A stretch of 64,000 nucleotides of DNA from contig JANJGN010000301.1 of the NCBI GenBank assembly GCA_026770705.1, positions 434,001 to 498,000 on the forward strand. The letters run 5' to 3'. Of the stretch, positions 12,766 through 25,553 are shown one piece after another. Origin of the DNA: Isurus oxyrinchus. Taxonomy: Eukaryota. Made by a program: the position numbers and the translations under genes. Positions within the stretch are counted from its first letter, which is position 1, and every line of letters begins with the position of its first letter. The notes beneath the pieces are model-generated. The model did not search any database, was not told the origin of the DNA, and saw only the letters and a program-made list of their open reading frames with translations.

Positions 12766-12954
12766 ACACTGACATTTTCAGATACCACACAGCAGAGGGC
12801 GCTCTCACACTGGTAAACAGAAACAATAATTCAACCGCCAATTTGAGAGTCAGAGGGATGTTCCTAAAGTGGCAATAAAGCACAAAACGTAGCAATAACT
12901 TGTGAAGTTCATTTGCACGATTCTATTAGTTAGTGATTGAATCTTTAATTTATC

Positions 12955-13320
12955 ATTTCATGGGGTGTAGGCGTCGCCAGCAAGGCCAGAATTTGTTGTC
13001 CATCCCGAATTGCCCTTGAACGGAGTAGCTTGCTAGGCTATTCCGGGGCAATGAAGAGTCAACCACGTTGCTGTGTGTCAGGGATCACATGCAGATGGCA
13101 GATTTCCTTCTGCTAAATGAAATTAATACAACAGATGAATTTTAACAATTGATAGTTTCATGCTTACCATCATTGAGCCTAGATTTATATTCCAGATTTA
13201 TTAGCTGAGCTCAAATTCCACCAGCTATCATGGTGAGATATGAACACATGCCTCCTGAGTTTTAGCCTGGGCCTCTGGATTGCTAGTCTAAATTCCCACT
13301 ATGCCACCGTCACCACACCT
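12955..13320 (-). mobile_element. Non-autonomous retroelement (SINE-like) sharing its 5' part with the LINE at 37560
   Basis: Related copies at ~20140-20490 and ~51405-51660; 3'-end-only copies at ~26365-26415, ~31140-31460 and ~45570-45860. Confidence 0.7.
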
Positions 13321-14783
13321 AAATTGTAATAAACTCGAAATTGTAATAAAATAAACCTCACATATGCAGCTGTGGATCCTTGACTGACCCTAACTCTTTC
13401 GGTATCTTTTCCCAGCTTGTCCCTTCTTCTGGCCGGTCCCCACGCTTCACTTTTAGCTTTCGTTCTTCCAGTCTTTAGATGAACAATATCAAATGTTTAT
13501 TTCTGCTCGCATAATAATTCAGAATTGCTGCAACCCGGCTTCCCATAAGCAGAAACTGTCAGATCAGACAAGTAAATAAACATAGGATATCTCAAACTCT
13601 GTCGACCGACGTCTGAACATCTCCCAGAATATCCACCAGATGGCGGCGGAGCGCAATATCCCTCGTGTGGGTTACAGCGCAAACATCGGATTCAGTGCGC
13701 TGTTTCCCTAAACACGTAGCTTATTAGCAATAAACAGAAGTTAAAGAGTTTAAATTTTGCCTCAATGAGTTGAGAAGATATGTGGCACAATATCCATCAC
13801 AAAAAGTATCCACATATCGAAGGGTTGAAACCTGATATTAGGCAGAGGGCAGAGTAAGTGAGTAGTAGATGTGGATGATGGGGCAAAGAATGTGAAAATG
13901 TAAATGAAAGACCCTGACGTCCTTAACTGGAACGACTTTGGCGCCATATCCGGTTCTACGATGAGTGAAAGTTACATGGAAAGGCTTTCCTGGAGGCTAG
14001 AGTTGAGTTCCAGTTAATGAGATCTCATGTTACATGTCCCCTGGGGCTGTGAACCTGCCCTTTCAGCTTTGCTTCTGTACATTTGAATAAATGAGAGGCA
14101 AGTTGCTCTAAAGCGCAGATGTGGCTTTCCCGTCAATTTCTCTTATAGTAAATCCAAAATCAGACGATTATGGTTGATTAAATAAACGATACCGGCATAA
14201 GTGAGGACTATTACTAACCAGATCGAATTTTATAATTTCAAACAGGAGTGGGCGGTGAGCTAATGCCTGCTTACATCAGGGAAAGAACTTGTACTTTAGG
14301 TCTGTTCAATTGTTGGTTCGGTAACAACATTTATCGCTGTTCTAAAATGACAGATCTATAAACCTCTCTGACAAAATATATTATCGCAATTAGTTTACTG
14401 GTTAAGTGGTTCATGACGAAAATCTCACTGGGTTCACACTCCTCAGCATACTGCTGGTAAGATTAAAATCAGTATAGAGAACGGTTTGATACGGAATAAA
14501 CTAAATCCCTGAACAATTCTGGGGTTGACGACTACAGTAACCAGACATTGGTTTAATTGTCACCATCTCTACCGTGAAACGGAAGCATTCCCCGTATAAA
14601 TTCACTGACTGTAGCCCAACTCGGAGTGTTTCCATTCACTGGCAGACAGCTCACCACAGCATCACTGGGCACATAAGGAAGTGAGATGAATATATCCTGA
14701 CAAGATATCAGATAATTGATGGTGTGGTTTAGAACGGGTGTCTTCAAATATCCAACTCCCATTTTACAGAGTGGACAGCGACA

Positions 14784-15287
14784 ATGCAGCTTCTCGGCAT
14801 CTGGGTTGTGTGGGGACCATTTCTGATACTTAATTTTGGACCACACACATTTCATCTTTTCTCTCAGTTTTCAAACATGGTTTAATACTGAATATTTAAA
14901 AATCGTAGGTCGTGTCTTTTTTCTGTTCCAACATGTTTTTCGGATCTGAGTCATGGAGATTCTCTCACTCAGCCGCTGTCCTCAGAGGTTAAGACAGAGA
15001 AGAAGCGGTGACTTTAAGTTGCACCTATGATACTAGAATGAACGGCTAATATTTGTTCTGGTACCAACAACACCCAGGCTCATAGCTTGAGTTTATATTG
15101 TCCAAATGCTCGGGCGGTATTGAAGATAAATCAGATTTTACTAAAAGCCGTTTTTCTGGTGTGCTTTAGACCGTGACAAATTCACCAGTTCACGAATCTT
15201 GCGTCTGCAGGTGACTGACGCTGCCGTGCATTACTGCACTCTCACACTCAAAGTGATGGAAAACAGACTCAAACGTTTGCAAGATGT
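14784..15287 (+). pseudogene. TCR V pseudogene (family A)
   Basis: Both splice sites mutated, several stops and frameshifts; VTLSCTY...WYQQHPG...LQVTDAAVHYC; RSS caaagtg(15249)-23-gcaagatgt. Confidence 0.9.
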
Positions 15288-16949
15288 GTCTTTGTACTGT
15301 GAACAGGGGCTCCTGTCTGATGGGGTTTGTACAGAATCTCGGGTTGGTGCAGCCACAATGCTCAGCTGCGCTATCAGACTCTCAAACACAAACCAAGAGG
15401 AAACCACATTCACGTCGGATCAAACTGTCAACAACTGTTTTCAGCAGCGGCCAAGAAAACAAACTGCAGAACCCTATCCGATTGACAGACCCATCACAGA
15501 ATGGGATTTGAAGACGCCCGTTCTAATCCCCGCCATCAATAATTTGCAGTCATGCCTCATGATGTTCTCATCTCACTTCCTTGTGTATCTCTGGTTCTGT
15601 GAGATCCGTTGTTGGTGAGCTGTCCGACATTGAATGGAAATACCACGAGCTCGACGACAGTTGATGAACTGATAGGGGAATGGCTGCACTTTAAGAGACG
15701 GGTATCAGTGGAATAAAATTCTGCTCTGTGAATTATGACCAGCAAGCTCGGGATTAGTAATGGTGACATAGAACATTCCAGAATTAAGGAAGCATTCTGA
15801 GGCTTAGTGGTCACTGGGGAAACTCTGTGTTTGGATCATTTTTAAAGGTCACAGTCACTACCTTGTGATCTCTGCTCATTTTGTCTAAACTGTCTCTGAC
15901 TCGGCAATACATTCCAATCAAATAAACCCTGCGATGAGGCCACTCTCAAAAACTGCAGGAAACTGTCAGGGGAGATGGTGTTGTTCAATATTAAAGGCAG
16001 TCACCGAAACTTCATCAAAAAGCAGTAAGTAAATGAAAGTGATCAAATAGATTTATGAAAATCTATTATGGTACAAACGTGAGTTGAAATCAACCAACGT
16101 AATTCCTCAAATGTCCCTCTGCCGTTCTTGTTTGGTGTTGTATTTTTAATTTTTCAGGTTGGTCCTTGTGACCTTCGCTGTGGAGACAGCTCTATTGTTT
16201 CTGTTTAGCTGTGTGTGGTGGCCCTCTAATGGGCACTAACTGGATCTCTGACATTTTTGGCTTCTCTGTCTCTTTGTCTCGATGTCTCTCTGGTGGGTCA
16301 ATCTCTCCTGAAAGTAAACATTCCTTCCACAGGAAAACACATGGAAATTAATTCAAATAAACAGGCGGTGAATATAGAATAGGACAATTTGGCATGCACG
16401 CAGTTAAAGTCAATCAGTAAACGTCGTTTCTGTTTGTCTCATTCAATGAAACCATAGTGGCCAGAGAACATCGGGACAGAGCGTTAAATATAAACTGCGC
16501 GGGTATGGAAAGGAAATATGAAGTAAATATGCATTTAACGGTAAAGGGGTGAAAGGATTTAAAGGTTCCGAGGGAGGAAATGAGGATCCAGCAAATAACG
16601 CCGTTAAATTCAATGATTCTAAGCCGGCGATTACCATTGGATTTAGAAATACATAGAGATCAAATTATCGTAAAAAACTTAATCTATTGTTATATAGAGC
16701 AAGAAAATGTAATTCCCAGTGACGAGTCTAGAGCTCTTTGTCTTGAGACAGCCAATCACGGAGTTGAACTCTGAATGACGTCTGATGACAACACCCAATA
16801 ATAAGCCAGTTGCCGAGAATGTCGCCGATCGGTCATTCACCAGACGAGGAGAATGTGAAACTCTCCCTACTCTTCCCTCTGCCACCATTGAGAGTCCTGG
16901 ACTAGGCAGCAAGTCCCAGTTGATCCGCCTTTCGTCCATCTTCAACGTC

Positions 16950-17423
16950 ATGAACAGAACCCCCCGCAAATACTTGTTTCCAGTTAGAGTCCTGATGCTC
17001 TGGATATTGTGTGAGTTTATTTTACTTCTCAGATGCGTTGTTCTTTTTTTACCAATCTCTCTTTACCCAGTGGTGGATCAGTGGTTTTCCTTTTGTTCAC
17101 AGCCGTTCAGTGTGAGGATGAGAGGTCCCACCCTGAGCAGGTGGTGTGTCGGGATGGGGAACGGGTTGAACTGGCCTGTCGGCTCTCTGTTGACAGAGGC
17201 GATACTATAGCCTGGTACAGACAAACACTGACAGGGGCTCCGATATTTATCGCCTCCTTATACGAGGGGAATATGACCAAAGGACGCTACACACTGTCCT
17301 TTGATCGAGTGCGGAAGTTCAACACCATCTCTGTCGCTGACACCGCGGCCCAGGACGCCGGAATGTATCACTGTGCGAAGGGGGCACAGTGAGACAAAGA
17401 GCAGATCCGGCTGTACAATATCT
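16950..17423 (+). CDS. TCR alpha/delta V segment (family B), apparently intact
   Basis: Leader 16950-17010 MNRTPRKYLFPVRVLMLWIL then gtgagt; V exon 17103-17384 in frame: VELAC...AWYRQTLTGAPIFI...DAGMYHCAKG; RSS cacagtg(17385-17391)-23-acaatatct(17415-17423). Confidence 0.92.
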
Positions 17424-17706
17424 TGTTCACTGCCGTTTCTCCGCTGCACCTTTAACTTTTCCTCAAACAGGGCCTTTAGAGATGCCGGCGATTTTCGGAA
17501 ATCTTACTTTCTCATTTTCAAATTTCTATCTGGATAACATTAGAAATCCCAAAGCTGTCGCTTTAGACACCGTGCCCAGACACATATTAAGTAAAGTTTT
17601 ATCTGTTTGGTTATAGAATATATCAAGTAAAGAGATGGACAGAAAAAGACTTCTAACTCTCATATATTCGATAGGTACATAAGCAAGAGAATGAAACATA
17701 AGCAAG

Positions 17707-17708
<2 letters not shown>

Positions 17709-17761
<53 letters not shown>

Positions 17762-17775
17762 GTAGATAGATAGAT
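17709..17775. repeat. (GATA)n microsatellite
   Basis: Direct reading; a related tract at 38843-38907 precedes the paralogous V remnant. Confidence 0.95.
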
Positions 17776-17871
17776 CGGTTAATTATGAAAATTATGAAAA
17801 CGTAATAATATATTTATATAATTATGTTCATTGTATGTATCATTATGTTAATGTCATTGTTACTTTGGCAG

Positions 17872-18189
17872 CTGTTTTTTGTCACTCGGAGACATTTCAG
17901 ATGTCGGTGTATTGGGAAATGAAAGACAATTTGTTTCATTTCATTCTTCCGCTGCTTTCACCACAAGTGACCTTGCATTCTGTTACCGGCAATTCTCCAG
18001 TGGAGCTCCCGAGTATCTCTTCCTCACATTCAGAGATGAAAGAGATGGGGGAAGGCTTAAAGAATTCAGAAACCGTGAGAAAAGCTCCACCACTCTCACT
18101 GTTAACATGATTCGGCTATCAGACACTGCGGAGTGTTACAGTGCAGCGAGACACCGGAAACACAGAGGTGAAGATCTTGTACATAGACT
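17872..18189 (+). pseudogene. Degenerate TCR V pseudogene (family E)
   Basis: CYRQFSSGAPEYLF...SSTTLTVNMIRLSDTAECYSAAR; conserved Cys/Trp lost; decayed RSS caccgga-22-acatagact. Confidence 0.75.
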
Positions 18190-18399
18190 CAGTCGACATT
18201 AGGACTGAGGAGACAACTAGCCCACGGGTTTTCAAAGAGTGTGCGATACAAGTAAAATCAGTAAAAAAAAGATTGTAAGGTTCTTCATCAGAGCAATTTA
18301 GTAGAATAAAATAATATTTAGTTATTGGCACGACAGGATTCGACCTGTAAAAAATATACAAACAATAAAACACTAAAGCAACTTGAATTTAAGAAAGAA

Positions 18400-18975
18400 C
18401 ACTGTGCTTGCGATTAAGTGCAGCTAAGAAGGCAGATGATATGCTGGCCTTAGTTGTGAAGGGGCTTGAGAAGCTGTACGACACCTGGAGTATTGTGTGC
18501 AGTTTTGGTCTCCATACCTAAGAAAGAATGCATTTGACATAGAGGGAGTGGTGAAGTTTCACCAGGCTGATTCCTGTGATGGCGGGGTTGACATGAGAAG
18601 AGATTGGGCTGACTAAGTGCAGATTTACCGGAGTTTAGAAGAATGAGAGGGGAGCTTATTGAAACATATTAAATTCTGACAGGGATGGACAGACTAGACG
18701 CAGGGATTAAATTTCCTCTGGCTGGAGGGTGTAGAACAAGAGATCACAATCTCAAGATAAGGGGTAGACCATTTAGGACTGAGATGAGGAGAAAATCCTT
18801 CACCCTGAGTGGCAAACTTGTGGAATTCTCTACCACAGACGGCTGTGGAGGCCAAGTCACTGAACATATTTAAGAAGGAAATAGATAGAGTTCTAGGCTC
18901 TAAAGGTGTCAAGGGGCAGGGGGAGAGGGTGGGTGTATGGCGTTGAAATAGAGGATCAGCATTGTTCACATTGAA
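18400..18975 (+). mobile_element. CR1 LINE 3' fragment
   Basis: HLEYCVQFWSP-like and RTRDHNLKIRGRPFRTEMRR motifs. Confidence 0.85.
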
Positions 18976-19479
18976 TGAGACCAGCTCACAATCTCTGCGC
19001 TCACACCGGGCTGCTCACACTCAGTGTTTCACACTGCCCTTTTTTGGCGTGCACTAAGAATTGCCAGGTGCTTTTATTGCCGTTGAAACTGAAAAGTTGC
19101 ATTTCACAGGATGGTCGTTAATGATAACGGATTTTCCCTCCTTGTTGGTGTTGTTCTCTTTTCCAGAGAGAGAGCCTAATTCTCGCCTTCCTTTGTAAAA
19201 TCCAACAATTCCGCTGTGTTTCTCTCCTCCAGTCTGAGTGAAACCTTGTTGCACGCTTTGCTCTCACACTGCGCATGCAAAGAGGAATGTCATTATTCCA
19301 GTCCGAAAATGTGATTCTATTCTTTGAAACTTACCCAGATGGGTGCATAACGAACCTTTCTTGCTGATGTTTCAATATGTCAACAGTGGTAATAACATCG
19401 TAAATGATAATCAAGAACGAAATAATCTTACATTCAGTTAACATTTTTCACAATTAGTGGGCGTTCAAAAGGGCTTATC

Positions 19480-19852
19480 GCCATTGAAACGCTTGTTGAA
19501 GTGAGGCAATTGTTGTAATGTAGGAAATGTAGTGGTTAGTGTCCATCCAGCAAACTCTCACATAGAGCAATGGGACAACCAGGTTTCTGATGTTGATTGA
19601 AGGGTAAAAAATCGATAATTCCCATACTTTTCTTAGAAACAGTGTCATGAGATATTTAACATTCACCTGAGCAGAGAGGTGTAGATCGGGTTAATGTCTC
19701 ATCCAAAATACATCACCTCCGGTGAAGTAGTTCTCCTCCAGTGATGCACCTGACCATCAGCATTGATTTTGTGCTCAAGTCCTGGAGTGAGGTTGAACCC
19801 AGAACATTTTGATGCAGCTGGGAGTGTGTCACCAACTGAACCAGGGCTGACA
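19480..19852 (-). mobile_element. DeuSINE-like element
   Basis: Contains the reverse complement of a Deu-domain-like core (gttaatgtctcatccaaaatacatcacctccg) and a tRNA-like head; second copy at ~41865-42255. Confidence 0.6.
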
Positions 19853-21219
19853 ATATGTAAGAAAGTATAAAAACACTGATACCAATTTCAGAGCAATGCT
19901 GCTATTTTTCAATGTTCTTTACAGCCTTCTGGATTCAACATTGTGTTCAATTCTAGATGATGACCTCTGCCTCCGTCTTTTTCATTTTTTTTTTGCTGGT
20001 TCGTTCATGTCTCGTTTCTTTCGTTATTCCTTCATGATGCATTTAGGAGGCTGCCAAGGAACCATTCACACCTCATCTGGAGACAGCATGAGTTTGTTCA
20101 GAATACTCCTTACAATTCTTTTTGGCATTTTAAAATTATTTGGTGGGATGTGCATGTTGCTGACAAGACCCATTTGTTGCCCATCCCTAATTGCCCATGA
20201 ACTGAGTGGCTGATGAGGCTACTTCAGAGAGGAGTTACCAGCCAACCACATTGGGTCTGGAGTCTCATATACATCAGGCCAGATAGAGATGGCAGATTTC
20301 CTTCCCGAAAGGACATTGGTACACCAATCAATGTTACTTTCATGGTCACTATTACAAAACCAGCTTTCATTCCAGGTTTTGTTATTTAAATTTAAATTTA
20401 CAACATGCTGTGCGGAGGGGTTTAAACCCGTGCAACCGAGTCGCTCAAGTACTAGTGCAAAAACATAACCACTACACCACTGTCTTTCCATTAAATGTGC
20501 CCACTACCACAGAGCAGACAATGCGGGTCAAAACGAATTACAGCGAAGGGAACCTGTGGGCGGGGCTGCCTGTACAGGGTTACTGCCCGTTCTGCCCCTA
20601 AAATATCCAGTGCATAACAGGGAGGAACGAGTGATCACTGCACCCCCTAGCGGAACCCATGAGGATTTTTCACCATCAGAACAAAGAGAAAAGTGCAAAT
20701 ATACCCATGTGGAACGATTCAATGACCAGTTTTTAGGCAAAATTTTAAGAAAATTCAGCTTTGCAACTAACAAGGAAGTATGAGTGTTGTTAATAATAAA
20801 GGCATTCAGCTTTATTTGGGATTCTTTACATTTATGACTTAATTTAATCTTTAAACTCTGTGAATGACGTTCGTTATTTTCCACTTTGTTTGATTTATTT
20901 TGCCACACTTCTCTCATTTTATGACATTTTCACAAATGATTCCTTTACCTATTCGCTTTGCCTTTTCCGCTGTCTCATTCTGGCTTGCGCATTTGCTCTT
21001 CCTTTCTCTGCGTCTATGTTTCTAACTCCCTGCATTTCTGATCACGTTTAAACCTTTATATATTATATTGCCTTGCTTTTGCGCTCAACGCCACTCAATC
21101 TTGTCCCCCACACCGCACTCCCGACCCACACACACACACACGGCCCTCCTACTATTATTACCAGATCAGTCGCAAGCCGATCGTGGAAAAACCGTAGAGC
21201 GGAGCCCCCACTCTGTGTA

Positions 21220-21591
21220 GGTTTCTGTACGAGCTCTCAGCTTGTTTGTTACACTGTGGCTCACGGCACATAGATAGCTGGCCGTGTCTGTAGCTTGCGT
21301 GTCCCTCACAGTCAGGATACTGAGTTTGTCGTCTCCCCCGATTGAAGCCGTGATCCTCCCGTGTTGATCAGTTCCTCTTGTGGCCATCACAAGATGTTGG
21401 GGTGGCTGATTGGGGAGCTGCCTGTACCAACGCACCGTTTTCATCCTACTGGTGATGGTGCAGTTCATGGATACGATTCCCGCTTCACTGACAACCATCC
21501 GCACTCGGAGCTGCGTCACCTCATCTTCACCGGTCACTTCAGTGGAGATCAGAATGAATAAGAGAAAACAGACTCTGTAAATCCACAGCAT
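21220..21591 (-). CDS. TCR V segment, open frame with signal-peptide-like N-terminus contiguous with V (possible single-exon L-V)
   Basis: MLWIYRVCFLLFILISTEVTG-EDEVTQ...SMNC...RWYRQLPNQPPQHL...DTASYLCAVS; RSS cacagtg(21258-21252)-23-acagaaacc(21228-21220). Confidence 0.88.
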
Positions 21592-22023
21592 TATCAGATC
21601 ACATGAAATACCGGCTGAAGCAATTGTCCACGGAGATCAGGTTACAGCCAAGAAATGGATATTATTTTCTGAAGATTCAATATGGAGCCAAACACCTGTT
21701 TCCGGTCAAACACAGAGGAGCTTTTCTGTCGAACTAACGAAAGAAGCCGAGCCTTGTGGTTTACCGCTTCAGGATTCACACGAACACCGGTTCACTGTCT
21801 CTGAACTCATGCCCTGGTCACCTACATTCACGACTTCACAGAGACATCGGCTTACACTGTCTCTGAGCTAACACGGGCAACTCACATCCAATCAATTACA
21901 ACCTGCCTTTGTTCAAAGGCAGCAAACTCTCCAATAGTAAAGGGCAAGGAAGGCGGGCCATACTGACGACAGCAATGGACATTTATATGGGCGGGGTTAT
22001 AGCAGGCAGTGATATCATACACA

Positions 22024-22628
22024 ACAAAAACAAAAATACCTGGAAAAACCCAGCTGGTCTGACAGCATCTGCGGAGAGGAATTTCAGATCATGAAGTCTC
22101 TCTTCCATCCCCACCCCCTTTATGATTCCTCTTTTTCCAATAATTTTTTATTTTAAAATATATATATTTTTCTTTTTCCATCCACCTATTTTAAATGTAT
22201 TTCCATCTATTGTTTTATCTCCACTTTTCAGCTCATTTCGATCCCTTCCCCCCACCCCACCCTCACTACGACCATCAGCCACTAGCTTGTCCTGCTTGCT
22301 ACCCTTAATGTCCCCATGAGCACGTTCCTTAGGTAATATCACCACCGGCAATCCCTTTGTCCCTTTGTCTATGACATATTTGGCAATCTCCTCTTTAGCT
22401 CCACCAATCACTGGCCCCCTATCCAGCTCTACCTGACCCTACCCCCAACCCTCTACTAGCTTAAATTTCACCTCATTTCTCTATTTCCTTAGTTTGGATG
22501 AAGAGTCATGCACACTCGAAACGTCAACTGTATTCCTCTCCGCAGATGCTGTCAGACCTGCTGGGGTTTTCTAGTTGTTTTTGTTTTTGCTTCAGATTTC
22601 CAGCGTCCGCAGCATTTTGCTTTTATCT
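22024..22628. mobile_element. Penelope-derived non-coding element with inverted ends
   Basis: 22026-22080 is an inverted copy of 22533-22590; body resembles the non-coding 3' part of the Penelope element at 26965-27450. Confidence 0.7.
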
Positions 22629-23236
22629 TAGTGATATCATACGTTCAGATTTATCTGCAAGGAAGTGAATCAAGTAGTAATGCCCCCTTCGAAAATGATA
22701 TAAGTCTGTCACTCTAGAAGAATTGTGCCACTTCCATATTCATTCCATACTGGGGACGAGTAGGTTCTGGACAGGATTATCAGGATTATTATATTATTCT
22801 ATAATATGCAAAATATTCATAAATAACCTCTCTTGAATCCAGGGCGAATCTATAGGTATCGGAGCTGGAGTGGTTGTGAATTAATACCCAGAGAAGTAGC
22901 AAAGGGCCATCTCCTTAAATTAAAGACTGAAAGAAGAAACTGTACACAATTTTTTTTACCGAATGTTGACGGGATGATAAGAAACAAATCAGCAGGGAAA
23001 TGCGTCTAAAACGATAAGTGAGATTGAGGCATTACATTGCCATCTACCATGTTCGTTTTTGTTATAAATTCAAATTGTAGAGGCAAACTAATCTAATCAG
23101 CTGTTCTTGTTGAATGTTAAATGTTTTATGATCTTATCAAAAGGTTCCCATGACGTCACATTCGAAGTTGAATTATTCCTTCCTTTTTGTGGGTGTGTGA
23201 GCGCCCTCTGCTGAGCGCTAATTGAAAAACTCTGTG

Positions 23237-23771
23237 AAGTTTTGCCTGTGATCCACTATCTCCCTGTAGTAGTGTTGGGCTCATGACACAGAAAGACAAT
23301 GCGGAGTCGGAATTCAGTGTGTTGCCGATCGTTAGATCAACGATCATGGCAGTTTTATTTAGCGTAGAAGAAAATCGATCAGTGATGTCAGTGCTCCTGT
23401 CCACATTCTCTCCAATATGATGATGCACACACTCTGAAGGCTGCCTTGGGTGCCAGGACACATAAAAGCTGCGATTTCTTGCTTTAAAAATGCAACTTTT
23501 TGCAGCATTAATTTCCTCTTCATCCAGTATTTCATGAACCACTGCTGTTCCACTGTGTCCTGGTGCTCCAATTCTAACATTAAAAAAAAGTAAAAACAAT
23601 AGTCAGCATCAGCTTCATGTTGATCAACATAATCATTATCACCGCCGTCACTATTATTTTAACAATAATGACACCTGGATCACAGCAGCCAGGACAATGG
23701 ATTTTACCGGGAAGGAGATGCTTACTGAGAAATGATATAACAATGAAGAGCGGAGTGCAATTGTTCCCCAT
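23237..23771 (-). pseudogene. TCR V pseudogene (family D)
   Basis: Leader MGNNCTPLFIVISFL then gtaagc; exon from 23573 with early frameshift; SCIFK...YVSWH...DRFSSTLNK...LTIGNTLNSDSALSFCVMS; non-canonical RSS cactact-22-gcaaaactt. Confidence 0.8.
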
Positions 23772-25012
23772 GATACGTCCTGAGTCTGTAACTTATGTGC
23801 AAAAAAACTGAAATACAGATCCCTCTCCCACTGCAATGCTCACCTAAACAATGAGAGGAAGAAGCCAACAGCAGCAATCTCTCCAATTACACAATCGGGT
23901 CAGAATGACAGCACCAAACAGAAGATGTGGGCGGGGATACCGCAGACTCAATATTGAGTAAGGTGTGCGGTGACTCTCAGCTGCACTCTGAACGGAGGGA
24001 GCGGAAATAGCGACGGTTGAAACATCACAACTTTGTGACAATCCTGCAGCTGCTCACTGTTCAAGTGACAGAGACCAAATAGAGCAGAACAGGCATGAAG
24101 AAACTTGAATCATAGAAATTTAAACCACTGAATTAGACTATTTGCCATACCATACCTGTGTCCGTTTGGAAGAGTTATCATAATCGCCTTTCAACTCTTG
24201 CAATTTCCGCATGAGAGGCAACATTTCCGAGGTTCAACTTACAAACAATTTCCTTTTGACGGTTATGATTGAATGTTCTTCTTCCATCCTCTGGGTCATG
24301 CATTTCAGCTTTCAACACAGTGTAATGAGTGAATTTCACCTTTTTCTTATATTTTCTTCTCTGAAAATGGGGTGTATGGATTATCGAGTTTTCTGCTACT
24401 GGCTACAAATAATGCATGATTTATTACATCATATCTCTTATCATTTTGAGTACTTCAGTTAAGTATCTCCTTTAAATCGTCTGATAAAAGAATAAAACCA
24501 GTTTCCCTCATTTGTTTACACTTAAGGCCGCCACACTTGGTACCTGCCTGGTTATTACTTCTAATGTCTAATATCTAATATCTTGTCATTTTATCTAAAT
24601 AGTGTTTCCCAGATTTTCAAGCAGTAATATAGAAAGAATGGCATTATTCTCTGGCATAAACATAAAAAAAGCCTGATTCTGATAAGCTCCAATCTAAATT
24701 CCTGGCAAACAATATCTGACATGCCAGTTTTAACATGTATACCAATGAATCTTGCATCCACCCAAAGCCACTATTCACAATTAAATTGAACAGTATCCGC
24801 CAGCAGAAGGCGCCAAGTTTAAGTATTTTGATTATAAAGTCATGCGTGACCAACACAGGAGCGAATAAGGATGGTGGCCTGAGTGAGGTCACAATGGGCC
24901 TGGGCTCCTGCAGTGTGTGGGTGGAGCAATGAGTTGAACAAAGTCCGGGTTCCCTCGCTCCTTCTCAATCTCTGGCTCATTCCATTCAATTCACTGAGAA
25001 ATTCACTCGGAC

Positions 25013-25553
25013 ATGTTCCTGATAATATTGGCGGCACTGTTGGATAGTAAGTACTGGATTGTGTTCATCAAGACAGGTTAGCAGATTGATGCAAAGAGTT
25101 GGCAATAGGATCTAATACGATTAGCAATCAAGTATATATATATATTGGTGGGTGGGAATTTGCACACATAGACGCAGGTTTAGATTTAATCTCGTGCTTT
25201 TCTGTTTCTCTATCTCCACAGGTGGACTATTTGCAGATCCAGTGACTCAGTCTCCGCTGACAGCAACCGTATTAGATGGGGGTTCTGTGCAGTTAAATTG
25301 TGAATATAAAACCCTGGATATTGCATATATGCAATGGTATCGGCAGAAGCCGGCACAGCCTCCAGGTTGGATAATCAGCAGAAAAGTAGTGCTGAAAGAA
25401 GACACACTCTCAGGACAATATCTGGCGGCTGCTGACAGGTCTGCAAAGTCTAGTTACCTCAATATAAGCAGACTGAGTGTGGAGGACAGCGCACTCCATT
25501 ATTGTGCAATGAGGCACAGCGCCAGATAACAGCCAAGACGCCTCACAAAAACC
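25013..25553 (+). CDS. TCR alpha/delta V segment (family C), apparently intact
   Basis: Leader 25013-25046 MFLIILAALLD then gtaagt; V exon 25222-25514 DPVTQSP...VQLNCEY...QWYRQKP...LSVEDSALHYCAMR; RSS cacagcg(25515-25521)-23-acaaaaacc(25545-25553). Confidence 0.95.
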
